Positions 25,259 through 34,416 of a stretch of DNA of 64,000 nt are shown here, piece by piece (the stretch's first letter is position 1; every line of letters starts with the position of its first letter). The stretch is from Oscillospiraceae bacterium (GTDB lineage: Bacteria > Bacillota > Clostridia > Oscillospirales > CAG-272). Under the pieces are notes generated by a model. It was not told where the DNA came from. It worked only from the letters and a program-made list of their open reading frames with translations, and searched no databases. Location of the stretch: contig SVTO01000004.1 in the NCBI GenBank assembly GCA_015063745.1, forward strand, positions 6,622 through 70,621, given 5' to 3'. A program made the position numbers and the translations under genes.

Positions 25259-27541
25259 ATGGATCTTACCCAAATCATGCATACGGAATATGGCAAATCC
25301 GTCGGGGAATGTACGAAGGATGAGCTGTACCGGGCATTGGTAAAATACACCTGCACGCTGGCGGAAGAGAAGCGGAAGCCGTACTGCGGCAAAAAGAAGC
25401 TGTACTACCTTTCCGCCGAATTTCTGATCGGCAAACTGCTGTCCTGCAATCTGATCAACCTCGGCATATACGACAGCGTAAAGGCGGAGCTGGCATCCCA
25501 CGGAAGGGATCTGACCGAGCTTGAGGAATACGAAAATGAACCCTCCCTCGGTAACGGCGGACTGGGTCGGCTGGCGGCTTGTTTTCTCGATTCCATTGCT
25601 TCCCTGGGCCTTCCGGGGGACGGCATCGGACTGAACTACCACTTCGGTCTGTTCCGGCAGGTGTTCCGGGAAAACGAACAGACCGCCGAACCGGACCGCT
25701 GGCTCACGGATACCGGCTGGCTGCGGAAAACGGATACGGTATATCCCATCCGTCTCCGGAACGGAACTGTACAGGCCAGAATGTACGACCTTGCTGTAAT
25801 CGGATACGAAAATTGTGTAAATACCCTTCATCTGTTCGATCTGGAAGGCGTGGACGAGGACATTGTGGGGGAGGGTATTTCCTTCGATAAGACGGACATT
25901 GCCCATAACCTGACCCTATTCCTCTACCCCGACGACAGCGACGAAAACGGCCGTATTCTGCGGATCTGCCAGCAGTATTTCATGGTATCCGCCGCGGCAC
26001 AGCTGATTCTGGCAGAGGCGGAAGCGAGGGGGTGCCGGCTGTACGACCTGCCCGATTATGCCGTGATCCAGATCAACGATACCCATCCCGCCATGGTCAT
26101 CCCCGAATTGATCCGCCTGCTGACGGAGAGGGGACTGGATACGGACGACGCCATTGCCGCAGCCTGCGGAGCCTGTGCCTATACCAACCATACCATTCTG
26201 GCGGAAGCGCTGGAGAAATGGCCGATCCGCTATCTGAAAAAAGCCGTACCCCATCTGGTGCCGGTGATGGAGATTCTGGACGATAAGGTGCGGCGGAAGT
26301 ACGGCGGGGAAGAGACAGCGATCATCGACAGAGAAGATGTGGTGCATATGGCCCATATGGCCGTCCACTGCTCGGTAAGCACCAACGGCGTCGCATCCCT
26401 CCATACGGAAATTCTGAAAAAAGAAGCACTCGCTCCACTATATCGCCTCTGTCCGGAAAAATTCAACAACAAAACCAACGGCATCACCTTCAGACGCTGG
26501 CTTCTGCACTGCAATCCCGCTCTGACCGATTTTCTGACCGGGCATATCGGTGACGGATTCCGGACGGACGGGGAAGAACTGCGGAAACTCATGGCATACC
26601 GGGACGATACCACTACGCTGGATGGGCTGATGCGCATCAAATCGGACAGCAAAAAAGCGCTGGCGGACTGGCTGTACCGGAAGCAGGGCGTGAAATGCGA
26701 TCCCGATTCCGTTTTCGACATCCAGATCAAGCGGCTTCACGAATACAAACGTCAGCAGATGAACGCTCTGTACGTCATCCATAAATATCTGGAAATCCGG
26801 GAAGGCAGATTACCGGAAAGACCCGTTACCGTGATCTTCGGCGCAAAGGCGGCACCGGCTTATGTGATCGCACAGGATATCATCCATCTGATCCTGTGCC
26901 TGCAGACCCTGACGGGTGACCCGGCGGTACGGCCTTATCTGCAGACGGTAATGGTGGAAAACTACAATGTTTCCGCCGCGGAAAAACTGATCCCTGCCTG
27001 TGATATATCCGAACAGATCTCTCTTGCCTCCAAGGAAGCCAGCGGTACGGGGAATATGAAATTCATGCTCAATGGCGCTGTGACCCTCGGGACGGAGGAT
27101 GGCGCCAATGTGGAAATACACCGGCTGGTGGGGGATGAGAATATCTATATTTTCGGAGACACCAGCACCGTTGTGACCGCCCGGTATAAGGCCGGCAGCT
27201 ACAGCGCAAAAGCCTATTACGAAGAAGTTCCCATGATCCGCCGTGCGGTGGATTTTATCATCGGACCGGAGCTTGCGAAAATCGGCAATCCCGTCCGTCT
27301 CAGACGCCTGTACGATGAACTGACGGGCAAGGACTGGTTCATGACCTTTCCGGATTTCGCGGATTATGTGAAAACCAGAGAAAAAGCATACCGTGACTAC
27401 GGCATCCGGCCGGAATGGGCGAAAAAAGGACTTGTGAATATTGCAATGTCCGGATATTTTTCCTCAGACCGGACCATACTGGAATATAACCGGGATATCT
27501 GGCATCTGGACAGATCGCCGGAACAGATTCACAGTAAATAA
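25259..27541 (+). CDS. glgP: Glycogen/maltodextrin phosphorylase (GT35)
   Basis: AAGGAG 8 nt before ATG 25259 (the longer ORF from 25130 runs through the repeat element). PLP-Lys block EASGTGNMKFMLNGA. GNGGLGRLAACFLDS near the N-terminus. Confidence 0.92.
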   Translation: MDLTQIMHTEYGKSVGECTKDELYRALVKYTCTLAEEKRKPYCGKKKLYYLSAEFLIGKLLSCNLINLGIYDSVKAELASHGRDLTELEEYENEPSLGNGGLGRLAACFLDSIASLGLPGDGIGLNYHFGLFRQVFRENEQTAEPDRWLTDTGWLRKTDTVYPIRLRNGTVQARMYDLAVIGYENCVNTLHLFDLEGVDEDIVGEGISFDKTDIAHNLTLFLYPDDSDENGRILRICQQYFMVSAAAQLILAEAEARGCRLYDLPDYAVIQINDTHPAMVIPELIRLLTERGLDTDDAIAAACGACAYTNHTILAEALEKWPIRYLKKAVPHLVPVMEILDDKVRRKYGGEETAIIDREDVVHMAHMAVHCSVSTNGVASLHTEILKKEALAPLYRLCPEKFNNKTNGITFRRWLLHCNPALTDFLTGHIGDGFRTDGEELRKLMAYRDDTTTLDGLMRIKSDSKKALADWLYRKQGVKCDPDSVFDIQIKRLHEYKRQQMNALYVIHKYLEIREGRLPERPVTVIFGAKAAPAYVIAQDIIHLILCLQTLTGDPAVRPYLQTVMVENYNVSAAEKLIPACDISEQISLASKEASGTGNMKFMLNGAVTLGTEDGANVEIHRLVGDENIYIFGDTSTVVTARYKAGSYSAKAYYEEVPMIRRAVDFIIGPELAKIGNPVRLRRLYDELTGKDWFMTFPDFADYVKTREKAYRDYGIRPEWAKKGLVNIAMSGYFSSDRTILEYNRDIWHLDRSPEQIHSK

Positions 27542-27559
27542 TCATACACGGAGGCTCAT

Positions 27560-29242
27560 GTGGAACAAACCATATCGAAAAAACGAAGTCTGAATTTTGA
27601 CTTTCTGCAGAAACTCGGCAAGGTGCTGATGACGGTCATCGCCGTTATGCCCGCCGCGGGGCTGATGATCAGTCTGGGCAAGCTCATCGCCATGGCAGGA
27701 GGCAGCGTACCCCTTGTGGTGACGGTGGGCAGTGTTATGGAAAACATCGGCTGGGCGGTGATCGGCAATCTGCATATTCTGTTTGCCGTCTCCATCGGCG
27801 GCTCCTGGGCGAAGGAAAGAGCGGGCGGTGCCTTTGCGGCTTTGCTGGCGTTTATTCTGATCAACAACATCACCGGTGCGCTGTTCGGGGTCACGTCCGC
27901 CATGCTGGAGGATCCCGCCGCTGTGACCCATTCGATTTTCGGACAGGAAATGCAGGTGTCCGGGTATTTTACCTCGGTGCTTGGTTCGCCGGCGCTGAAT
28001 ATGGGTGTATTTGTGGGGATCATCTCCGGCTTTGTGGGCGGGGTGGTGTACAATACATTCTACAATTTCCGGAAACTGCCCGAGGCCCTGTCCTTCTTCA
28101 ATGGAAAACGGTTCGTTCCGCTGGCGGTGATCTTCTGGTCGGTGATTGTTTCCCTGGTTCTGGCGGTGGTATGGCCCATCGTACAAACGGGGATCAACGC
28201 ATTCGGCTTCTGGATTGCCGGTTCTGCGGACACATCCCCCTTCCTCGCGCCCTTCATTTACGGCACATTGGAAAGACTCCTTCTCCCCTTCGGACTCCAC
28301 CATCTGCTGACCATCCCCATGAACTATACTTCCTTCGGCGGCAGTTACGAAATCCTCACAGGTGCCAATGCGGGAACGGTGGTTTTCGGGCAGGATCCGC
28401 TGTGGCTTGCGTGGATCACGGACCTGATCGGCTTCCGGCAGGCGGGGGATACGGCGGCCTATGAAAGCCTGCTGGCATCGGTGCACCCTGCCCGGTTCAA
28501 GGTGGGACAGATGATCGGCTCCACGGGACTGCTGCTGGGCTTTGCGCTGGCCATGTACCGTCGGACGGATAAGGACAAGCGGAAAAACTACCGGTCCATG
28601 TTTTTCTCCGCATCCTTGGCGGTGTTTCTGACGGGGGTTACGGAACCGCTGGAATTCATGTTCATGTTCTGTGCCATTCCCCTGTATATCGTGTATGCCG
28701 TACTGCAGGGGCTGGCTTTTGCGCTGGCGGATCTGATCCCCCTGCGGCTTCATTCCTTCGGGAGCATTGAACTGGCGACCCGAATTCCCATGTCCGTCCG
28801 TGCGGGACTGACGGCGGATATCATCAATTTCGTGATTGCTTCGGCCATATTCTTTATTATCGGTTATTTCGTCGCCTGGTTCATGATCGGCAAACTCCGT
28901 TACGCCACACCGGGACGGCTGGGCAATTACACCACGGAAGGGGAAGAACGGGAATCCGCAGAGGTACAAACGGCATCCGTATCCGTTCCGGAAACATCTT
29001 CCGCCGCCGACAGTCAGGCAGAACGGATCATCACTCTTCTCGGCGGCCGGGACAATATCGTTCTGGTGGATGCCTGTATGACCCGACTGCGTGTCAGCGT
29101 AAAGGATCCGGCCCTTGTGGCAGATGCGGATGCATGGAAAGCGGAAGGGGCATTGGGACTGGTGAAAAAAGGGGAAGGCATACAGGCTATATACGGCCCG
29201 AAAGCGGATGTACTGAAATCCGATATCAATGACATTCTATAA
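27560..29242 (+). CDS. PTS glucose/maltose-family permease, EIIC-EIIB
   Basis: GTG 27560 with ACGGAGG 5 nt upstream. Polytopic EIIC (LQKLGKVLMTVIAVMPAAGLMISLG) followed by a C-terminal EIIB with the phospho-Cys motif DACMTRLRV. No EIIA domain. Confidence 0.88.
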   Translation: MEQTISKKRSLNFDFLQKLGKVLMTVIAVMPAAGLMISLGKLIAMAGGSVPLVVTVGSVMENIGWAVIGNLHILFAVSIGGSWAKERAGGAFAALLAFILINNITGALFGVTSAMLEDPAAVTHSIFGQEMQVSGYFTSVLGSPALNMGVFVGIISGFVGGVVYNTFYNFRKLPEALSFFNGKRFVPLAVIFWSVIVSLVLAVVWPIVQTGINAFGFWIAGSADTSPFLAPFIYGTLERLLLPFGLHHLLTIPMNYTSFGGSYEILTGANAGTVVFGQDPLWLAWITDLIGFRQAGDTAAYESLLASVHPARFKVGQMIGSTGLLLGFALAMYRRTDKDKRKNYRSMFFSASLAVFLTGVTEPLEFMFMFCAIPLYIVYAVLQGLAFALADLIPLRLHSFGSIELATRIPMSVRAGLTADIINFVIASAIFFIIGYFVAWFMIGKLRYATPGRLGNYTTEGEERESAEVQTASVSVPETSSAADSQAERIITLLGGRDNIVLVDACMTRLRVSVKDPALVADADAWKAEGALGLVKKGEGIQAIYGPKADVLKSDINDIL

Positions 29243-29329
29243 GATTTAGTCTGAGAATCCGGAAACCGGCCGGCGCGGATATGTTTTCGGTGATTCTTCG
29301 TCAATACAAAGAAAGGCACGGTAACGACT

Positions 29330-30166
29330 ATGAAACTTCTGACACTGAATACCCACAGCCTGATGGAAACGGAATACCCGGCCAAGTTGGAGATCTTCGC
29401 GGAGATGGCAGCGGCGGAGAGACCGGACATCATTGCTCTGCAGGAGGTCAATCAGCACATGGACGGAGAGGAGGCGGATCTGTCCCTCGCCCCCGGCTAT
29501 TGCCCCTGTACGGACAAACCGATCCGTGCGGACAACCATGTGTACAATGCAGTCCGTCTGCTGGCGGAGAAGGGGATTTCCTGCTATTGGACATGGCTGC
29601 CGGTCAAGATCGGGTACGGACAGTTTGACGAAGGACTGGCACTCATCAGCTTTTCGCCCATCACGGGGACGGATGTGTGTACGGTCAGTGCCCGTGACGA
29701 TTATGCCGACTGGCGTACCCGGAAGATTCTGGGCATCACCACCGAAAAACGTCCCGGCGCATGGTTTTATTGCGTCCACTACGGCTGGTGGAACGACGAA
29801 AACGAACCTTTTGCGGCACAATGGCAGAAAACCGCTGCCCATCTGCCCTCCGATTGTCCCGTGTGGCTTATGGGGGATTTCAACAGTCCGGCGGAAGTAC
29901 GGGGGAAAGGGTACGATCTGGTACGTGCCTCGGGCTGGCGGGACAGCTGGGAGAACGCCTATGTCCGGGATGACGGCATTACGGTATACAAAAACATCGC
30001 CGGCTGGGAGAACAATACGGGCGGCATCCGGGTGGATCAGATCTGGCATAACCGGGATGTGCGTGCGGAGCGATCCTTTGTGATCTGCAACGACCGGTGG
30101 TATCCGGTGATCTCCGACCATTTTGGCGTGATCGCCGAGTACAATGAAGGATGTGAAACGGAATGA
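29330..30166 (+). CDS. mapP: Endonuclease/exonuclease/phosphatase-family protein, MapP-like maltose-6'-phosphate phosphatase candidate
   Basis: EEP motifs (LLTLNTHS, PDIIALQEVN, MGDFNS, SDHFGV). About 278 aa. Immediately downstream of the PTS EIICB gene, as for Enterococcus MapP. Confidence 0.65.
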   Translation: MKLLTLNTHSLMETEYPAKLEIFAEMAAAERPDIIALQEVNQHMDGEEADLSLAPGYCPCTDKPIRADNHVYNAVRLLAEKGISCYWTWLPVKIGYGQFDEGLALISFSPITGTDVCTVSARDDYADWRTRKILGITTEKRPGAWFYCVHYGWWNDENEPFAAQWQKTAAHLPSDCPVWLMGDFNSPAEVRGKGYDLVRASGWRDSWENAYVRDDGITVYKNIAGWENNTGGIRVDQIWHNRDVRAERSFVICNDRWYPVISDHFGVIAEYNEGCETE

Positions 30167-31647
30167 AACGAAGCGCGGGCATTCTGCTGCCGGTTTTTTC
30201 CCTGCCGTCACCCTATGGGATCGGCTGTTTTGACCGGACGGCATACCGCTTTACGGACTGGCTGAAGGAAGCCGGACAGTCCTGGTGGCAGATCCTGCCT
30301 CTGGGTCACACAAGCTATGGCGATTCCCCCTACCAGTCCTTTTCCGCCTTTGCGGGGAATCCCTATTTCATCGACCCGGACACCCTGGCCGAAGAAGGCC
30401 TTGTGACCCGCTCCGACTGCAGCAGCGCCGGACTGGAGTCTGCGGGAAACCGGGTGGATTATTCTCTGCAGTATAAAAAGCGTTATCCCCTTCTGCGCAA
30501 AGCATACGAAAACAGCGCAGGCAGACAATCCCCCGATTTTGACACCTTCTGCGGCAGGAATCCGTGGCTGGAGGACTACGCCTTATTCATGGCGCTGAAG
30601 GCACAGTACGGCGGCGCGGCATGGAATACCTGGGATGAGGATCTGCGTCTGCGCAAACCGGCGGCATTGGAGAAAGCACGGCGGGAGCTGGCACAGGAAA
30701 TGGACTTCCACCGGTTTATCCAGTATCATTTTGATAAGCAATGGAATGCCCTGAAAGCCCACGCGGCCGAAAGCGGCATCGGTATCATCGGGGATATTCC
30801 CATCTATACCGCCTACGACAGCGCGGACACATGGGCACATCCCGAACTGTTCTGTCTGAACCGTGACGGTACCCCTACCGCTGTCGCAGGCTGTCCCCCC
30901 GACGATTTTTCCGCAGAAGGCCAGCTGTGGGGCAATCCTTTGTACAACTGGGAGAAGCATCGGGAAACGGATTTTGCCTGGTGGATCGAAAGAATGGCCC
31001 ATTGCTTCCGGCTGTATGATGCGGTGCGGATCGACCATTTCAGAGGCTTTGACGAATACTACGCCATTCCTTACGGTGCACATACAGCGGAAAATGGACG
31101 TTGGGAGAAGGGGCCGGGGATGGCATTGTTCCGGGCGGTGGAAAAGGCACTGGGGAAGCACGAGGTCATTGCGGAGGATCTGGGATTCATGACAGAATCG
31201 GTCCGTCAGCTGGTGAAGGACAGCGGATTCCCGAACATGAAGGTGCTGGAGTTCGCTTTTGACACCCGTGATGCTTCCGGCAGTGACCATTTCCCCCATC
31301 ATTACAGCGAAAACTGCACGGCATATACCGGAACCCATGATAACCAGACGATCGTTTCCTGGTACAAAACCATTTCGCCGGCGGAACGGGAGAAGGCGCG
31401 GACCTATCTCTGCGATCACTGTACACCGGATGAAAAACTGGGGGAAGGCTTCATCGGTCTGCTCATGCGCAGCGCGGCGAATCTTTGCGTGATTCCCATG
31501 CAGGACTGGCTGGGTCTGGACGACAGCAGTCGTATAAACACGCCGTCCACGCTGGGGAACAACTGGCAGTGGCGGATGACGGATGCGGATATGAACCGAC
31601 CGTTATGCGAACGCATCCGGAAAATGACAAAACTTTTCGACCGATAA
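30163..31647 (+). CDS. malQ: 4-alpha-glucanotransferase (amylomaltase, GH77)
   Basis: ATGA overlap with the previous gene. MKRSAGILLPVFSLPSPYGIGCF, IPIYTAYDSADTW, RIDHFRGF. Confidence 0.92.
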   Translation: MKRSAGILLPVFSLPSPYGIGCFDRTAYRFTDWLKEAGQSWWQILPLGHTSYGDSPYQSFSAFAGNPYFIDPDTLAEEGLVTRSDCSSAGLESAGNRVDYSLQYKKRYPLLRKAYENSAGRQSPDFDTFCGRNPWLEDYALFMALKAQYGGAAWNTWDEDLRLRKPAALEKARRELAQEMDFHRFIQYHFDKQWNALKAHAAESGIGIIGDIPIYTAYDSADTWAHPELFCLNRDGTPTAVAGCPPDDFSAEGQLWGNPLYNWEKHRETDFAWWIERMAHCFRLYDAVRIDHFRGFDEYYAIPYGAHTAENGRWEKGPGMALFRAVEKALGKHEVIAEDLGFMTESVRQLVKDSGFPNMKVLEFAFDTRDASGSDHFPHHYSENCTAYTGTHDNQTIVSWYKTISPAEREKARTYLCDHCTPDEKLGEGFIGLLMRSAANLCVIPMQDWLGLDDSSRINTPSTLGNNWQWRMTDADMNRPLCERIRKMTKLFDR

Positions 31648-31732
31648 AACCGACTGAAATTTGCGGAGGCAGAAAATGCCGTATCCCTCATCGGTCGCCG
31701 CAGAGGACGGAATCCCAAAACAGAATAACAGC

Positions 31733-31785
31733 AACAAACAGGCTGCCGCATCCCGGAATTTCCCGGATACAACAGCCTGTTTGTT
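31733..31785. terminator. Bidirectional terminator between malQ and the P-type ATPase gene
   Basis: 13-bp outer stem AACAAACAGGCTG / CAGCCTGTTTGTT with inner pairing. T-rich sequence follows on both strands. It abuts the ATPase stop codon. Confidence 0.8.
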
Positions 31786-33611
31786 TAATTTCTCAGTACT
31801 CTGAACGAATTCAGTACCGCCAGTACCATAACGCCCACATCTCCGAATACCGCAATATCCATGCCCACAATATTCAGGGAGCAAAGCACCAGAATCCCGA
31901 CTTTGATCAGAACGGAAAACACAATATTCTGCTTCGCAATGCCCATCGTCTTCTTAGCCGTCCGGATCGCCGTTTCGATCTTGCCGATTTCGTCGGTCAT
32001 AATCACAATATCCGCCGCTTCGATAGCCGCATCCGAACCGAGCGCACCCATGGCGATACCCACATCCGCCAACGCCAACACGGGCGCATCGTTGATCCCG
32101 TCACCGGCGTAGATCGTCGTACCGGAGGCGGAGGACAGAATCTTCTCCAGCTCCGCTACCTTTTCATCCGGCAGAAGCTCGCTTTTCACCCGGTCAATGC
32201 CCACTTCCGCTGCCGTACTCTCCGCCGTATGCCGGTTGTCACCCGTCAGCATATAGGTTTCTCTGATGCCCGCTTTCTTCAGCGAAGCAATGCCCGATGC
32301 CGCATCCGCCTTGAGCACATCCGCAATCCGGATACAGCCCACGTAAACGCCGTCTGCCGCAATATATACATGGGTTCCGTCCCCGTATACCGGGCAGGAC
32401 AGACCGATCTGCGCCATCAGCTTGGCATTCCCCGCCAGTACGGTGCGTCCGTCCACTGCTGTGCGGATACCGTATCCCGCCGTTTCCTCGGAGGTACCGA
32501 TGCGGCTTGTGTCGATCTCCCTGCCGTATGCCTCACGGATGGACTGGGCGATCGGATGGAGGGATGCACTTTCCGCATGGGCGGCGAGGAAAAGAAGCTC
32601 TTCTTCGGACATACCCTCAGTATGGATCTGCCGTACGGCAAAGGTTCCCTTCGTCAGTGTTCCCGTTTTATCGAATACGGCCGTATCCGTTTTCGACAGC
32701 ACTTCCAGATAATTACCGCCTTTGATCAGAATCCCCTTCTTTGCCGCCGCACCGATCCCGCCGAAAAAGGCCAGCGGTACGGAAATCACCAGTGCACAGG
32801 GACAGGATACCACCAGAAAAGACAGCGCACGGTAGATATAATCCGCAAACAGCGCACCTTCCAGTACAAGTGGCGGCACAACGGCCAGAAGCAGAGCGCA
32901 TACCAGCACAACGGGCGTATAGTATTTTGCAAATTTCGTGATGAATCTCTCCGCAGTGGATTTCCGGGCGGAGGCACTTTCCACCAGTTCAAGAATCCGG
33001 CTGACGGTGGAATCCTCAAAGGTTTTGGTCACACGGATTTTCAGCGCCGCGTTTTTGTTGATGCATCCGCTGAGGATTTCGTCCCCCGCATCCACCCGCC
33101 GCGGCACGGATTCACCGGTCAGGGCAGAGGTGTCCGCAAAGGAACTGCCGTCGATCACGACCCCGTCCAGCGGCACTCTTTCCCCCGGACCGACCAGGAG
33201 AATATCTCCGATCTCCACATCCTCCGGATCCCGTCTGCATACCACGCCGTCCTCGATACGGTTGGCATATTCCGGGCAGATGTTCATAACTTCGCTGATG
33301 GACCGGCGGGATCTGGTTACGGCATAATCCTCAAACAGTTCACCCACCCGGTAGAACAGCACCACAAACACCGCTTCCGCATATTCGCCGATGCAGAATG
33401 CGCCGATAGCCGCCGTGACCATCAGGGTGTTTTCGTTGAAAATATTCCCGCGCATGATCCCCTTGACGGCACCTGTGATGACCTCAGCGCCGCTGATGCA
33501 GAAGGCGAGAAGAAACAGGATGAACCGGGGAAGGGCAAAGGATGCCGGTACAAGCAGGGCTGCGGCAAACAGAACCGCCCCTGCCGACAGTATGACAATT
33601 TCTTTTTTCAT
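31785..33611 (-). CDS. Heavy-metal P1B-type ATPase (Cd/Zn/Pb-type by CPC motif), lacking an N-terminal HMA domain
   Basis: LTGESVP, SCPCALVISVP, DKTGTLT, GDGINDAP. ATG 33611 lies 1 nt after the HMA gene stop. Confidence 0.88.
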   Translation of the reverse strand: MKKEIVILSAGAVLFAAALLVPASFALPRFILFLLAFCISGAEVITGAVKGIMRGNIFNENTLMVTAAIGAFCIGEYAEAVFVVLFYRVGELFEDYAVTRSRRSISEVMNICPEYANRIEDGVVCRRDPEDVEIGDILLVGPGERVPLDGVVIDGSSFADTSALTGESVPRRVDAGDEILSGCINKNAALKIRVTKTFEDSTVSRILELVESASARKSTAERFITKFAKYYTPVVLVCALLLAVVPPLVLEGALFADYIYRALSFLVVSCPCALVISVPLAFFGGIGAAAKKGILIKGGNYLEVLSKTDTAVFDKTGTLTKGTFAVRQIHTEGMSEEELLFLAAHAESASLHPIAQSIREAYGREIDTSRIGTSEETAGYGIRTAVDGRTVLAGNAKLMAQIGLSCPVYGDGTHVYIAADGVYVGCIRIADVLKADAASGIASLKKAGIRETYMLTGDNRHTAESTAAEVGIDRVKSELLPDEKVAELEKILSSASGTTIYAGDGINDAPVLALADVGIAMGALGSDAAIEAADIVIMTDEIGKIETAIRTAKKTMGIAKQNIVFSVLIKVGILVLCSLNIVGMDIAVFGDVGVMVLAVLNSFRVLRN

Positions 33612-33612
33612 G

Positions 33613-33834
33613 TCAGATATACGCAATCTCCACATCCGGCTCGATCTTATGTACGATCTTTTCGATCTGCGCCTTCACTGCATCCAGCTTGGCATCCTCC
33701 GCACAAAGGATCATTTTTTCCGTAAGAAAATTGACGGATACGCTTTCCACACCGTCCAGTTTTGCGGTTTTTTCTTCGATTTTGGCCGCGCAGTTGGCAC
33801 AGCACAGTCCGTTCAGCTTGATCTTCACTTTCAT
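33613..33834 (-). CDS. Stand-alone heavy-metal-associated (HMA) domain protein
   Basis: 73 aa. MKVKIKLNGLCCANCAAKIEEK (CxxC metal site). ATG 33834 lies 2 nt after the ArsR-family gene stop. The longer listed ORF (to 34026) overlaps the regulator. Confidence 0.85.
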   Translation of the reverse strand: MKVKIKLNGLCCANCAAKIEEKTAKLDGVESVSVNFLTEKMILCAEDAKLDAVKAQIEKIVHKIEPDVEIAYI

Positions 33835-33836
33835 AG

Positions 33837-34205
33837 TCAGTCCCTCTCCTTGATATGTTCGATACCCATTTCCAGAATGGTCTTTACGTGGTCGTCCTTC
33901 AGGGTGTAGTACACATTTTTGCCGTCTCTGCGGAATTTCACAAGCTGTGCATCCTTGAGCACCTTGAGCTGATGGGAAACCGCCGATTTGGTCATCCCCA
34001 GCACCGCCGACAGGTCGCATACGCACAGTTCTTCATTATCCAGCACCGCCATGATCCGCATCCTTGTACTGTCGCTCATTACCTTGAAGAAATCCGACAG
34101 GGCATACAGCACCTCCGTATCCTCCATCACTTCTCTGACATGCGCCACCACATCGGTATGCACATCGTCACATTCGCACATTTCGCTGTGCTGATATAGT
34201 TCCAT
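33837..34205 (-). CDS. ArsR/SmtB-family metalloregulator, CadC-like
   Basis: GGAGG 7 nt before ATG 34205. N-terminal Cys pair (EMCECDD) and ELCVCDL in the HTH region. SKSAVSHQLKVLKDAQLV recognition helix. Confidence 0.88.
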   Translation of the reverse strand: MELYQHSEMCECDDVHTDVVAHVREVMEDTEVLYALSDFFKVMSDSTRMRIMAVLDNEELCVCDLSAVLGMTKSAVSHQLKVLKDAQLVKFRRDGKNVYYTLKDDHVKTILEMGIEHIKERD

Positions 34206-34233
34206 ACAGCATCCTCCTCTTTCGATTGAACGA

Positions 34234-34280
34234 TTGAGCACTCATTCAACTGTATATATTATAGTTGAATGAGTGCTCAA
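34234..34280. promoter_or_regulatory. Operator: perfect 18-bp inverted repeat with 11-bp AT spacer
   Basis: TTGAGCACTCATTCAACT (34234-34251) / AGTTGAATGAGTGCTCAA (34263-34280) read directly. It overlaps the cad promoter. Confidence 0.85.
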
Positions 34281-34287
34281 CTGTCAA
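34258..34287 (-). promoter_or_regulatory. Consensus sigma-A promoter of the arsR-HMA-ATPase operon
   Basis: Minus strand TTGACA (34282-34287) - 18 nt - TATAAT (34258-34263). One operator arm fills the -35/-10 spacer and the other covers the start-site region. Confidence 0.8.
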
Positions 34288-34416
34288 GGGGTTTTCGGAA
34301 ATAAGAATGTGAAAAAGAAAAATTGAAGGAAAAATTATATTTTTTGATGAAATAATCATAGAAATTTGTCTGCAAAAGCGGTATAATATTATATTATGTA
34401 TTTACCTTAACAGAAA

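Noticed and set aside
27542-28969. 475-aa minus-strand ORF antisense to the PTS permease; similar shadows exist at 11295-12554, 22649-23737, 29246-30244, 37329-38546, 52115-53101 and others
   Set aside because: The two I checked (27542-28969 and 11295-12554) are in-register antisense frames of well-supported genes. None of these shadows has a recognisable domain.
31485-33725. 746-aa plus-strand ORF antisense to the P-type ATPase
   Set aside because: It is in register with the ATPase codons (both 0 mod 3). The translation is Arg/His/Gly/Gln-rich. The minus strand carries all P-type ATPase signatures.
33835-34026. Upstream extension of the HMA ORF (listed as 33613-34026)
   Set aside because: The extension overlaps the ArsR-family gene in another frame and gives an Arg/Gly/Pro-rich peptide. 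ATG 33834 yields a canonical 73-aa HMA domain.
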